64,000 nucleotides of DNA from Eledone cirrhosa (GCA_964016885.1 OZ024745.1:60202001-60266000); one strand, 5' to 3'; positions 25,701 to 40,600 are shown, numbered from the stretch's first letter. Notes: generated from the letters alone by a model not told the origin. Made by a program: numbers and translations.

Positions 25701-27727
25701 GTGAGAACCTCGACTTGGAGTGAAAACCTCGACTTGGAGTGAGAACCTCGACTTGGAGTCAGAACCTCGACTTGGAGTCAGAACCTCGACTTGGAGTCAG
25801 AACCTCGACTTGGAGTCAGAACCTCGACTTGGAGTCAGAACCTCGACTTGGAGTCAGAACCTCGACTTGGAGTGAAAACCTCGACTTGGAGTGAAAACCT
25901 CGACTTGGAGTGAGAACCTCGACTTGGAGTGAGAACCTCGACTTGGAGTGAAAACCTCGACTTGGAGTGAGAACCTCTACTTGGAGTGAAAACCTCGACT
26001 TGGAGTGTAAACTGCGACTTGGAGTGAGAACCTCGACTTGGAGTGAAAACCTCGACTTGGAGTGTAAACTGCGACTTGGAGTGTAAACTGCGACTTGGAG
26101 TGTAATGTACAACTTGGAGCATAATGTACAACTTGGAGCAAAATGTACGACTTGGAGCATAATGTACGACTTAGAGTGTAATGTACGACTTAGAGTGTAA
26201 TGTAGGACTTAGAGTGTAATGTAGGACTTAGAGTGTAATGTAGGACTTAGAGTGTAATGTAGGACTTAGAGTGTAATGTAGGACTAGGAGCATAATGTAG
26301 GACTAGGAGCATAATGTACGACTTGGAGAGTAATGTAGGACTTGGAGTGTAATGTAGGACTTGGAGTGTAAACTGCGAGTTGAAATATAAATTGCGACTT
26401 GGATTGTAAACCTTGACTTGCAGTGTATTGAACAACTTGGGGTGTATACTGCGGCTTGGAGTGTAAACTGCGGCTCCGAATATAAACTACGACTTGCAGT
26501 GTCATATATGACTCTGAGTGAACACTTCAACTTGGAGTGAAAACCTCGACTTGGAGTGAGAACCTCGACTTGGAGTGAGAACCTCGACTTGGAGTGAAAA
26601 CCTCGACTTGGAGTGAGAACCTCGACTTGGAGTGAAAACCTCGACTTGGAGTGAAAACCTCGACTTGGAGTGAGAACCTCGACTTGGAGTGAGAACCTCG
26701 ACTTGGAGTGAGAACCTCGACTTGGAGTGAAAACCTCGACTTGGAGTGAGAACCTCGACTTGGAGTGAGAACCTCGACTTGGAGTGAGAACCTCGACTTG
26801 GAGTGAAAACCTCGACTTGGAGTGAGAACCTCGACTTGGAGTGAAAACCTCGACTTGGAGTGAAAACCTCGACTTGGAGTGAAAACCTCGACTTGGAGTG
26901 AAAACCTCGACTTGGAGTGAGAACCTCGACTTGGAGTGAAAACCTCGACTTGGAGTGAGAACCTCGCCTTGGAGTGAGAACCTCGACTTGGAGTGAGAAC
27001 GTCGACTTGGAGTGAGAACGTCGACTTGGAGTGAGAACCTCGACTTGGAGTGAAAACCTCGACTTGGAGTGAAAACCTCGACTTGGAGTGAGAACCTCGA
27101 CTTGGAGTGAGAACCTCGACTTGGAGTGAAAACCTCGACTTGGAGTGAGAACCTCGACTTGGAGTGAGAACCTCGACTTGGAGTGAAAACCTCGACTTGG
27201 AGTGAAAACTTCGACTTGGAGTGAGAACCTCGACTTGGAGTGAGAACCTCGACTTGGAGTGAAAACCTCGACTTGGAGTGAGAACCTCTACTTGGAGTGA
27301 AAACCTCGACTTGGAGTGTAAACTGCGACTTGGAGTGAGAACCTCGACTTGGAGTGAAAACCTCGACTTGGAGTGTAAACTGCGACTTGGAGTGTAAACT
27401 GCGACTTGGAGTGTAATGTACAACTTGGAGCATAATGTACAACTTGGTGCATAATGTACGACTTGGAGCATAATGTACGACTTAGAGTGTAATGTAGGAC
27501 TTAGAGTGTAATGTAGGACTTAGAGTGTAATGTAGGACTTAGAGTGTAATGTAGGACTTAGAGTGTAATGTAGGACTAGGAGCATAATGTAGGACTAGGA
27601 GCATAATGTACGACTTGGAGTGTAATGTAGGACTTGGAGTGTAATGTAGGACTTGGAGTGTAAACTGCGAGTTGAAATATAAATTGCGACTTGGATTGTA
27701 AACCTTGACTTGCAGTGTATTGAACAA
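7777..27727 (+). repeat. Dimeric (long + short) higher-order repeat, ~4.7-5.5 kb period, about four copies
   Basis: Cassette spacings alternate 183/67/199/71/172/100/190/68 monomers. Short units carry paired GTCGAC variants (11706, 16760, 21491, 27001). Long units carry tttgag, ggagag, gtggaa, gcagtg and a gtcag run. Confidence 0.85.
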
Positions 27728-28689
27728 CTTGGGGTGTATACTGCGGCTTGGAGTGTAAACTGCGGCTCCGAATATAAACTACGACTTGCAGTGTCATATA
27801 TGACTCTGAGTGAAAACCTCGACTTGGAGTGAAAACCTCGACTTGGAGTGAGAACCTCGACTTGGAGTGAGAACCTCGACTTGGAGTGAAAACCTCGACT
27901 TGGAGTGAAAACCTCGACTTGGAGTGAGAACCTCGACTTGGAGTGAGAACCTCGACTTGGAGTGAAAACCTCGACTTGGAGTGAAAACCTCGACTTGGAG
28001 TGAGAACCTCGACTTGGAGTGAGAACCTCGACTTGGAGTGAAAACCTCGACTTGGAGTGAAAACCTCGACTTGGAGTGAAAACCTCGACTTGGAGTGAAA
28101 ACCTCGACTTGGAGTGAAAACCTCGACTTGGAGTGAGAACCTCGACTTGGAGTGAAAACCTCGACTTGGAGTGAGAACCTCGACTTGGAGTGAGAACCTC
28201 GACTTGGAGTGAGAACCTCGACTTGGAGTGAGAACCTCGACTTGGAGTGAGAACCTCGACTTGGAGTGAAAACCTCGACTTGGAGTGAGAACCTCGACTT
28301 GGAGTGAGAACCTCGACTTGGAGTGAAAACCTCGACTTGGAGTGAGAACCTCGACTTGGAGTGAGAACCTCGACTTGGAGTGAGAACCTCGACTTGGAGT
28401 GAAAACCTCGACTTGGAGTGAAAACCTCGACTTGGAGTGAAAACCTCGACTTGGAGTGAGAACCTCGACTTGGAGTGAGAACCTCGACTTGGAGTGAGAA
28501 CCTCGACTTGGAGTGAAAACCTCGACTTGGAGTGAGAACCTCGACTTGGAGTGAGAACCTCGACTTGGAGTGAAAACCTCGACTTGGAGTGAGAACCTCG
28601 ACTTGGAGTGAGAACCTCGACTTGGAGTGAAAACCTCGACTTGGAGTGAGAACCTCGACTTGGAGTGAAAACCTCGACTTGGAGTGAGA

Positions 28690-31600
28690 ACCTCGACTTG
28701 GCGTGAAAACCTCGACTTGGAGTGAGAACCTCGACTTGGAGTGAGAACCTCGACTTGGAGTGAAAACCTCGACTTGGAGTGAAAACTTCGACTTGGAGTG
28801 AAAACCTCGACTTGGAGTGAAAACTTCGACTTGGAGTGAGAACCTCGACTTGGAGTGAGAACCTCGACTTGGAGTGAAAACCTCGACTTGGAGTGAGAAC
28901 CTCGACTTGGAGTGAAAACCTCGACTTGGAGTGAAAACCTCGACTTGGAGTGAGAACCTCGACTTGGAGTAAGAACCTCGACTTGGAGTGAGAACCTCGA
29001 CTTGGAGTGAGAACCTCGACTTGGAGTGAGAACCTCGACTTTGAGTGAAAACCTCGACTTGGAGAGAGAACCTCGACTTGGAGTGAGAACCTCGACTTTG
29101 AGTGAAAGCCTCGACTTGGAGTGAGAACCTCGACTTGGAGTGAGAACCTCGACTTGGAGTGAGAACCTCGACTTGGAGTGAAAACCTCGACTTGGAGTGA
29201 GAACCTCGACTTGGAGTGAAAACCTCGACTTGGAGTGAGAACCTCGACTTGGAGTGAGAACCTCGACTTGGAGTGAGAACCTCGACTTGGAGTGAAAACC
29301 TCGACTTGGAGTGAGAACCTCGACTTGGAGTGAGAACCTCGACTTTGAGTGAAAACCTCGACTTGGAGAGAGAACCTCGACTTGGAGTGAGAACCTCGAC
29401 TTTCAGTGAAAACCTCGACTTGGAGTGAGAACCTCGACTTTGAGTGAAAACCTCGACTTGGAGTGAGAACCTCGACTTGGAGTGAAAACCTCGACTTGGA
29501 GTGAAAACCTCGACTTGGAGTGAGAACCTCGACTTGGAGTGGAAACCTCGACTTGGAGTGAAAACCTCGACTTGGAGTGAGAACCTCGACTTGGAGTGAA
29601 AACCTCGACTTGGTGTGAGAACCTCGACTTGGAGTGAGAACCTCGACTTGGAGTGAAAACCTCGACTTGGAGTGAGAACCTCGACTTGGAGTGAAAACCT
29701 CGACTTGGTGTGAGAACCTCGACTTGGAGTGAGAACCTCGACTTGGAGTGAGAACCTCGACTTGGAGTGAAAACCTCGACTTGGAGTGAGAACCTCGACT
29801 TGGAGTGAGAACCTCGACTTGGAGTGAGAACCTCGACTTGGAGTGAGAACTTCGACTTGGAGTGTAAACTGCGACTCTGAGTGAAAACCTCGACTTGGAG
29901 TGAGAACCTCGACTTGGAGTGAAAACCTCGACTTGGAGTGAGAACCTCGACTTGGAGTGAAAACCTCGACTTGGAGTGAGAACCTCGACTTGGAGTGAAA
30001 ACCTCGACTTGGAGTGAGAACCTCGACTTGGAGTGAAAACCTCGACTTGGAGTGAGAACCTCGACTTGGAGTGAAAACCTCGACTTGGAGTGAGAACCTC
30101 GACTTGGAGTGAAAACCTCGACTTGGAGTGAAAACCTCGACTTGGAGTGAGAACCTCGACTTGGAGTGAAAACCTCGACTTGGAGTGAAAACCTCGACTT
30201 GGAGTGAGAACCTCGACTTGGAGTGGAAACCTGGACTTGGAGTGAAAACCTCGACTTGGAGTGAGAACCTCGACTTGGATTGAAAACCTCGACTTGGAGT
30301 GAGAACCTCGACTTGGAGTGAAAACCTCGACTTGGAGTGAAAACCTCGACTTGGAGTGAGAATATCGACTTGGAGTGAAAACTTCGACTTGGAGTGAGAA
30401 CCTCGACTTGGAGTGAGAACCTCGACTTGGAGTGAAAACCTCGACTTGGAGTGAGAACCTCGACTTGGAGTGAAAACCTCGACTTGGAGTGAGAACCTCG
30501 ACTTGGAGTGAGAACCTCGACTTGGAGTGAGAACCTCGACTTGGAGTGAAAACCTCGACTTGGAGTGAGAACCTCGACTTGGAGTGAGAACCTCGACTTT
30601 GAGTGAAAACCTCGACTTGGAGAGAGAACCTCGACTTGGAGTGAGAACCTCGACTTTCAGTGAAAACCTCGACTTGGAGTGAGAACCTCGACTTTGAGTG
30701 AAAACCTCGACTTGGAGTGAGAACCTCGCCTTGGAGTGAAAACCTCGACTTGGAGTGAAAACCTCGACTTGGAGTGAGAACCTCGACTTGGAGTGGAAAC
30801 CTCGACTTGGAGTGAAAACCTCGACTTGGAGTGAGAACCTCGACTTGGAGTGAAAACCTCCACTTGGTGTGAGAACCTCGACTTGGAGTGAGAACCTCGA
30901 CTTGGAGTGAAAACCTCGACTTGGAGTGAGAACCTCGACTTGGAGTGAAAACCTCGACTTGGTGTGAGAACCTCGACTTGGAGTGAGAACCTCGACTTGG
31001 AGTGAGAACCTCGACTTGGAGTGAAAACCTCGACTTGGAGTGGAAACCTCGACTTGGAGTGAAAACCTCGACTTGGAGTGAGAACCTCGACTTGGAGTGA
31101 AAACCTCGACTTGTTGTGAGAACCTCGACTTGGAGTGAGAACCTCGACTTGGAGTGAAAACCTCGACTTGGAGTGAGAACCTCGACTTGGAGTGAAAACC
31201 TCGACTTGGAGTGAGAACCTCGACTTGGAGTGAAAACCTCGACTTGGAGTGAGAACCTCGACTTGGAGTGAAAACCTCGACTTGGAGTGAGAACCTCGAC
31301 TTGGAGTGAGAACCTCGACTTGGAGTGAGAACCTCGACTTGGAGTGAAAACCTCGACTTGGAGTGAGAACCTCGACTTGGGGTGAAAACCTCGACTTGGA
31401 GTGAGAACCTCGACTTGGAGTGAAAACCTCGACTTGGAGTGAAAACCTCGACTTGGAGTGAAAACCTCGACTTGGAGTGAGAACCTCGACTTGGAGTGAA
31501 AACCTCGACTTGGAGTGAAAACCTCGACTTGGAGTGAGAACCTCGACTTGGAGTGAGAACCTCGACTTGGAGTGAGAACCTCGACTTGGAGTGAGAACCT

Positions 31601-34600
31601 CGACTTGGAGTGAGAACCTCGACTTGGAGTGTAAACCTCGACTTGGAGTGAAAACTTCGACTTAGAGTGAAAACCTCGACTTGGAGTGAAAACCTCGACT
31701 TGGAGTGAAAACCTCGACTTGGAGTGAGAACCTCGACTTGGAGTAAGAACCTCGACTTGGAGTGAGAACCTCGACTTGGAGTGAGAACCTCGACTTGGAG
31801 TGAGAACCTCGACTTTGAGTGAAAACCTCGACTTGGAGAGAGAACCTCGACTTTGAGTGAAAACCTCGACTTGGAGAGAGAACCTCGACTTGGAGTGAGA
31901 ACCTCGACTTTGAGTGAAAGCCTCGACTTGGAGTGAGAACCTCGACTTGGAGTGAAAACCTCGACTTGGAGTGAGAACCTCGACTTGGAGTGAAAACCTC
32001 GACTTGGAGTGAAAACCTCGACTTGGAGTGAGAACCTCGACTTGGAGTGGAAACCTGGACTTGGAGTGAAAACCTCGACTTGGAGTGAGAACCTCGACTT
32101 GGAGTGAGAACCTCGACTTGGAGTGAGAACCTCGACTTGGAGTGAAAACCTCGACTTGGAGTGAAAACCTCGACTTGGAGTGAAAACCTCGACTTGGAGT
32201 GAGAACCTCGACTTGGAGTGAAAACTTCGACTTGGAGTGAGAACCTCGACTTGGAGTGAGAACCTCGACTTGGAGTGAAAACCTCGACTTGGAGTGAGAA
32301 CCTCGACTTGGAGTGAAAACCTCGACTTGGAGTGAGAACCTCGACTTGGAGTGAGAACCTCGACTTGGAGTGAGAACCTCGACTTGGAGTGAAAACCTCG
32401 ACTTGGAGTGAGAACCTCGACTTGGAGTGAAAACCTCGACTTGGAGTGAAAACCTCGACTTGGAGTGAAAACCTCGACTTGGAGTGAAAACCTCGACTTG
32501 GAGTGAGAACCTCGACTTGGAGTGAAAACCTCGACTTGGAGTGAGAACCTCGCCTTGGAGTGAGAACCTCGACTTGGAGTGAGAACGTCGACTTGGAGTG
32601 AGAACGTCGACTTGGAGTGAGAACCTCGACTTGGAGTGAAAACCTCGACTTGGAGTGAAAACCTCGACTTGGAGTGAGAACCTCGACTTGGAGTGAGAAC
32701 CTCGACTTGGAGTGAAAACCTCGACTTGGAGTGAGAACCTCGACTTGGAGTGAGAACCTCGACTTGGAGTGAAAACCTCGACTTGGAGTGAAAACTTCGA
32801 CTTGGAGTGAGAACCTCGACTTGGAGTGAGAACCTCGACTTGGAGTGAAAACCTCGACTTGGAGTGAGAACCTCTACTTGGAGTGAAAACCTCGACTTGG
32901 AGTGTAAACTGCGACTTGGAGTGAGAACCTCGACTTGGAGTGAAAACCTCGACTTGGAGTGTAAACTGCGACTTGGAGTGTAAACTGCGACTTGGAGTGT
33001 AATGTACAACTTGGAGCATAATGTACAACTTGGTGCATAATGTACGACTTGGAGCATAATGTACGACTTAGAGTGTAATGTAGGACTTAGAGTGTAATGT
33101 AGGACTTAGAGTGTAATGTAGGACTTAGAGTGTAATGTAGGACTTAGAGTGTAATGTAGGACTAGGAGCATAATGTAGGACTAGGAGCATAATGTACGAC
33201 TTGGAGTGTAATGTAGGACTTGGAGTGTAATGTAGGACTTGGAGTGTAAACTGCGAGTTGAAATATAAATTGCGACTTGGATTGTAAACCTTGACTTGCA
33301 GTGTATTGAACAACTTGGGGTGTATACTGCGGCTTGGAGTGTAAACTGCGGCTCCGAATATAAACTACGACTTGCAGTGTCATATATGACTCTGAGTGAA
33401 AACCTCGACTTGGAGTGAAAACCTCGACTTGGAGTGAGAACCTCGACTTGGAGTGAGAACCTCGACTTGGAGTGAAAACCTCGACTTGGAGTGAAAACCT
33501 CGACTTGGAGTGAGAACCTCGACTTGGAGTGAGAACCTCGACTTGGAGTGAAAACCTCGACTTGGAGTGAAAACCTCGACTTGGAGTGAGAACCTCGACT
33601 TGGAGTGAGAACCTCGACTTGGAGTGAAAACCTCGACTTGGAGTGAAAACCTCGACTTGGAGTGAAAACCTCGACTTGGAGTGAAAACCTCGACTTGGAG
33701 TGAAAACCTCGACTTGGAGTGAGAACCTCGACTTGGAGTGAAAACCTCGACTTGGAGTGAAAACCTCGACTTGGAGTGAAAACCTCGACTTGGAGTGAGA
33801 ACCTCGACTTGGAGTGAGAACCTCGACTTGGAGTGAGAACCTCGACTTGGAGTGAAAACCTCGACTTGGAGTGAGAACCTCGACTTGGAGTGAGAACCTC
33901 GACTTGGAGTGAAAACCTCGACTTGGAGTGAGAACCTCGACTTGGAGTGAGAACCTCGACTTGGAGTGAGAACCTCGACTTGGAGTGAAAACCTCGACTT
34001 GGAGTGAAAACCTCGACTTGGAGTGAAAACCTCGACTTGGAGTGAGAACCTCGACTTGGAGTGAGAACCTCGACTTGGAGTGAGAACCTCGACTTGGAGT
34101 GAAAACCTCGACTTGGAGTGAGAACCTCGACTTGGAGTGAGAACCTCGACTTGGAGTGAAAACCTCGACTTGGAGTGAGAACCTCGACTTGGAGTGAGAA
34201 CCTCGACTTGGAGTGAGAACCTCGACTTGGAGTGAAAACCTCGACTTGGAGTGAGAACCTCGACTTGGAGTGAGAACCTCGACTTGGAGTGAGAACCTCG
34301 ACTTGGCGTGAAAACCTCGACTTGGAGTGAGAACCTCGACTTGGAGTGAGAACCTCGACTTGGAGTGAAAACCTCGACTTGGAGTGAAAACTTCGACTTG
34401 GAGTGAAAACCTCGACTTGGAGTGAAAACTTCGACTTGGAGTGAGAACCTCGACTTGGAGTGAGAACCTCGACTTGGAGTGAAAACCTCGACTTGGAGTG
34501 AGAACCTCGACTTGGAGTGAAAACCTCGACTTGGAGTGAAAACCTCGACTTGGAGTGAGAACCTCGACTTGGAGTAAGAACCTCGACTTGGAGTGAGAAC

Positions 34601-37600
34601 CTCGACTTGGAGTGAGAACCTCGACTTGGAGTGAGAACCTCGACTTTGAGTGAAAACCTCGACTTGGAGAGAGAACCTCGACTTGGAGTGAGAACCTCGA
34701 CTTTGAGTGAAAGCCTCGACTTGGAGTGAGAACCTCGACTTGGAGTGAGAACCTCGACTTGGAGTGAGAACCTCGACTTGGAGTGAAAACCTCGACTTGG
34801 AGTGAGAACCTCGACTTGGAGTGAAAACCTCGACTTGGAGTGAGAACCTCGACTTGGAGTGAGAACCTCGACTTGGAGTGAGAACCTCGACTTGGAGTGA
34901 AAACCTCGACTTGGAGTGAGAACCTCGACTTGGAGTGAGAACCTCGACTTTGAGTGAAAACCTCGACTTGGAGAGAGAACCTCGACTTGGAGTGAGAACC
35001 TCGACTTTCAGTGAAAACCTCGACTTGGAGTGAGAACCTCGACTTTGAGTGAAAACCTCGACTTGGAGTGAGAACCTCGACTTGGAGTGAAAACCTCGAC
35101 TTGGAGTGAAAACCTCGACTTGGAGTGAGAACCTCGACTTGGAGTGGAAACCTCGACTTGGAGTGAAAACCTCGACTTGGAGTGAGAACCTCGACTTGGA
35201 GTGAAAACCTCGACTTGGTGTGAGAACCTCGACTTGGAGTGAGAACCTCGACTTGGAGTGAAAACCTCGACTTGGAGTGAGAACCTCGACTTGGAGTGAA
35301 AACCTCGACTTGGTGTGAGAACCTCGACTTGGAGTGAGAACCTCGACTTGGAGTGAGAACCTCGACTTGGAGTGAAAACCTCGACTTGGAGTGAGAACCT
35401 CGACTTGGAGTGAGAACCTCGACTTGGAGTGAGAACCTCGACTTGGAGTGAGAACTTCGACTTGGAGTGTAAACTGCGACTCTGAGTGAAAACCTCGACT
35501 TGGAGTGAGAACCTCGACTTGGAGTGAAAACCTCGACTTGGAGTGAGAACCTCGACTTGGAGTGAAAACCTCGACTTGGAGTGAGAACCTCGACTTGGAG
35601 TGAAAACCTCGACTTGGAGTGAGAACCTCGACTTGGAGTGAAAACCTCGACTTGGAGTGAGAACCTCGACTTGGAGTGAAAACCTCGACTTGGAGTGAGA
35701 ACCTCGACTTGGAGTGAAAACCTCGACTTGGAGTGAAAACCTCGACTTGGAGTGAGAACCTCGACTTGGAGTGAAAACCTCGACTTGGAGTGAAAACCTC
35801 GACTTGGAGTGAGAACCTCGACTTGGAGTGGAAACCTGGACTTGGAGTGAAAACCTCGACTTGGAGTGAGAACCTCGACTTGGAGTGAAAACCTCGACTT
35901 GGAGTGAGAACCTCGACTTGGAGTGAAAACCTCGACTTGGAGTGAAAACCTCGACTTGGAGTGAGAATATCGACTTGGAGTGAAAACTTCGACTTGGAGT
36001 GAGAACCTCGACTTGGAGTGAGAACCTCGACTTGGAGTGAAAACCTCGACTTGGAGTGAGAACCTCGACTTGGAGTGAAAACCTCGACTTGGAGTGAGAA
36101 CCTCGACTTGGAGTGAGAACCTCGACTTGGAGTGAGAACCTCGACTTGGAGTGAAAACCTCGACTTGGAGTGAGAACCTCGACTTGGAGTGAGAACCTCG
36201 ACTTTGAGTGAAAACCTCGACTTGGAGAGAGAACCTCGACTTGGAGTGAGAACCTCGACTTTCAGTGAAAACCTCGACTTGGAGTGAGAACCTCGACTTT
36301 GAGTGAAAACCTCGACTTGGAGTGAGAACCTCGACTTGGAGTGAAAACCTCGACTTGGAGTGAAAACCTCGACTTGGAGTGAGAACCTCGACTTGGAGTG
36401 GAAACCTCGACTTGGAGTGAAAACCTCGACTTGGAGTGAGAACCTCGACTTGGAGTGAAAACCTCCACTTGGTGTGAGAACCTCGACTTGGAGTGAGAAC
36501 CTCGACTTGGAGTGAAAACCTCGACTTGGAGTGAGAACCTCGACTTGGAGTGAAAACCTCGACTTGGTGTGAGAACCTCGACTTGGAGTGAGAACCTCGA
36601 CTTGGAGTGAGAACCTCGACTTGGAGTGAAAACCTCGACTTGGAGTGGAAACCTCGACTTGGAGTGAAAACCTCGACTTGGAGTGAGAACCTCGACTTGG
36701 AGTGAAAACCTCGACTTGTTGTGAGAACCTCGACTTGGAGTGAGAACCTCGACTTGGAGTGAAAACCTCGACTTGGAGTGAGAACCTCGACTTGGAGTGA
36801 AAACCTCGACTTGGAGTGAGAACCTCGACTTGGAGTGAAAACCTCGACTTGGAGTGAGAACCTCGACTTGGAGTGAAAACCTCGACTTGGAGTGAGAACC
36901 TCGACTTGGAGTGAGAACCTCGACTTGGAGTGAGAACCTCGACTTGGAGTGAAAACCTCGACTTGGAGTGAGAACCTCGACTTGGGGTGAAAACCTCGAC
37001 TTGGAGTGAGAACCTCGACTTGGAGTGAAAACCTCGACTTGGAGTGAAAACCTCGACTTGGAGTGAAAACCTCGACTTGGAGTGAAAACCTCGACTTGGA
37101 GTGAGAACCTCGACTTGGAGTGAGAACCTCGACTTGGAGTGAGAACCTCGACTTGGAGTGAGAACCTCGACTTGGAGTGTAAACCTCGACTTGGAGTGAA
37201 AACTTCGACTTAGAGTGAAAACCTCGACTTGGAGTGAAAACCTCGACTTGGAGTGAAAACCTCGACTTGGAGTGAGAACCTCGACTTGGAGTAAGAACCT
37301 CGACTTGGAGTGAGAACCTCGACTTGGAGTGAGAACCTCGACTTGGAGTGAGAACCTCGACTTTGAGTGAAAACCTCGACTTGGAGAGAGAACCTCGACT
37401 TTGAGTGAAAACCTCGACTTGGAGAGAGAACCTCGACTTGGAGTGAGAACCTCGACTTTGAGTGAAAGCCTCGACTTGGAGTGAGAACCTCGACTTGGAG
37501 TGAAAACCTCGACTTGGAGTGAGAACCTCGACTTGGAGTGAAAACCTCGACTTGGAGTGAAAACCTCGACTTGGAGTGAGAACCTCGACTTGGAGTGGAA

Positions 37601-40600
37601 ACCTGGACTTGGAGTGAAAACCTCGACTTGGAGTGAGAACCTCGACTTGGAGTGAGAACCTCGACTTGGAGTGAGAACCTCGACTTGGAGTGAAAACCTC
37701 GACTTGGAGTGAAAACCTCGACTTGGAGTGAAAACCTCGACTTGGAGTGAGAACCTCGACTTGGAGTGAAAACTTCGACTTGGAGTGAGAACCTCGACTT
37801 GGAGTGAGAACCTCGACTTGGAGTGAAAACCTCGACTTGGAGTGAGAACCTCGACTTGGAGTGAAAACCTCGACTTGGAGTGAGAACCTCGACTTGGAGT
37901 GAGAACCTCGACTTGGAGTGAGAACCTCGACTTGGAGTGAAAACCTCGACTTGGAGTGAGAACCTCGACTTGGAGTGAGAACCTCGACTTTGAGTGAAAA
38001 CCTCGACTTGGAGAGAGAACCTCGACTTGGAGTGAGAACCTCGACTTTCAGTGAAAACCTCGACTTGGAGTGAGAACCTCGACTTTGAGTGAAAACCTCG
38101 ACTTGGAGTGAGAACCTCGACTTGGAGTGAAAACCTCGACTTGGAGTGAAAACCTCGACTTGGAGTGAGAACCTCGACTTGGAGTGGAAACCTCGACTTG
38201 GAGTGAAAACCTCGACTTGGAGTGAGAACCTCGACTTGGAGTGAAAACCTCGACTTGGTGTGAGAACCTCGACTTGGAGTGAGAACCTCGACTTGGAGTG
38301 AAAACCTCGACTTGGAGTGAGAACCTCGACTTGGAGTGAAAACCTCGACTTGGAGTGAGAACCTCGACTTGGAGTGAGAACCTCGACTTGGAGTGAGAAC
38401 CTCGACTTGGAGTGAAAACCTCGACTTGGAGTGAGAACCTCGACTTGGAGTGAGAACCTCGACTTGGAGTGAGAACCTCGACTTGGAGTGAGAACTTCGA
38501 CTTGGAGTGTAAACTGCGACTCTGAGTGAAAACCTCGACTTGGAGTGAGAACCTCGACTTGGAGTGAAAACCTCGACTTGGAGTGAGAACCTCGACTTGG
38601 AGTGAAAACCTCGACTTGGAGTGAGAACCTCGACTTGGAGTGAAAACCTCGACTTGGAGTGAGAACCTCGACTTGGAGTGAAAACCTCGACTTGGAGTGA
38701 GAACCTCGACTTGGAGTGAAAACCTCGACTTGGAGTGAGAACCTCGACTTGGAGTGAAAACCTCGACTTGGAGTGAGAACCTCGACTTGGGGTGAAAACC
38801 TCGACTTGGAGTGAGAACCTCGACTTGGAGTGAAAACCTCGACTTGGAGTGAAAACCTCGACTTGGAGTGAAAACCTCGACTTGGAGTGAGAACCTCGAC
38901 TTGGAGTGAAAACCTCGACTTGGAGTGAAAACCTCGACTTGGAGTGAGAACCTCGACTTGGAGTGAGAACCTCGACTTGGAGTGAGAACCTCGACTTGGA
39001 GTGAGAACCTCGACTTGGAGTGTAAACCTCGACTTGGAGTGAAAACCTCGACTTGGAGTGAAAACCTCGACTTAGAGTGAAAACCTCGACTTGGAGTGAA
39101 AACCTCGACTTAGAGTGAAAACCTCGACTTAGAGTGAAAACCTCGACTTGGAGTGAAAACCTCGACTTGGAGTGAAAACCTCGACTTGGAGTGAGAACCT
39201 CGACTTGGAGTGAAAACCTCGACTTGGAGTGAAAACCTCGACTTGGAGTGAGAACCTCGACTTGGAGTGAGAACCTCGACTTGGAGTGAAAACCTCGACT
39301 TGGAGTGAAAACCTCGACTTGGAGTGAAAACCTCGACTTGGAGTGAGAACCTCGACTTGGAGTGAAAACCTCGACTTGGAGTGAAAACCTCGACTTGGAG
39401 TGAAAACCTCGACTTGGAGTGAGAACCTCGACTTGGAGTGAGAACCTCGACTTGGAGTGAAAACCTCGACTTGGAGTGAGAACCTCGACTTGGAGTGAGA
39501 ACCTCGACTTGGAGTGAAAACCTCGACTTGGAGTGAGAACCTCTACTTGGAGTGAAAACCTCGACTTGGTGTGTAAACTGCGACTTGGAGTGAGAACCTC
39601 GACTTGGAGTGAAAACCTCGACTTGGAGTGTAAACTGCGACTTGGAGTGTAAACTGCGACTTGGAGTGTAATGTACAACTTGGAGCATAATGTACAACTT
39701 GGAGCATAATGTACGACTTGGAGCATAATGTACGACTTAGAGTGTAATGTAGGACTTAGAGTGTAATGTAGGACTTAGAGTGTAATGTAGGACTTAGAGT
39801 GTAATGTAGGACTTAGAGTGTAAGGTAGGACTTAGAGTGTAATGTAGGACTAGGAGCATAATGTAGGACTAGGAGCATAATGTACGACTTGGAGTGTAAT
39901 GTAGGACTTGGAGTGTAATGTAGGACTTGGAGTGTAAACTGCGAGTTGGAATATAAATTGCGACTTGGATTGTAAACCTTGACTTGCAGTGTATTGAACA
40001 ACTTGGGGTGTATACTGCGGCTTGGAGTGTAAACTGCGGCTCCGAATATAAACTACGACTTGCAGTGTCATATATGACTCTGAGTGAAAACCTCGACTTG
40101 GAGTGAGAACCTCGACTTGGAGTGAAAACCTCGACTTGGAGTGAGAACTTCGACTTGGAGTGAAAACCTCGACTTGGAGTGAGAACCTCGACTTGGAGTG
40201 AAAACCTCGACTTGGAGTGAGAACCTCGACTTGGAGTGAAAACCTCGACTTGGAGTGAGAACCTCGACTTGGAGTGAAAACCTCGACTTGGAGTGAGAAC
40301 CTCGACTTGGAGTGAGAACCTCGACTTGGAGTGAGAACCTCGACTTGGAGTGAGAACCTCGACTTGGAGTGAGAACCTGGGCTTGGAGTGAGAACCTCGA
40401 CTTGGAGTGTAAACTGCGACTCTGAGTGAAAACCTCGACTTGGAGTGAGAACCTCGACTTGGAGTGAAAACCTCGACTTGGAGTGAGAACCTCGACTTGG
40501 AGTGAGAACCTCGACTTGGAGTGAAAACCTCGACTTGGAGTGAGAACCTCGACTTGGAGTGAAAACCTCGACTTGGAGTGAAAACCTCGACTTGGAGTGA

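Noticed and set aside
27595-33057. 1820-aa and other long minus-strand ORFs as real protein-coding genes
   Set aside because: All three frames give the same peptide because of the 19-bp period. Most starts are TTG/GTG within repeats, there is no codon-position pattern in the variants, and there are no unique domains or gene signals.
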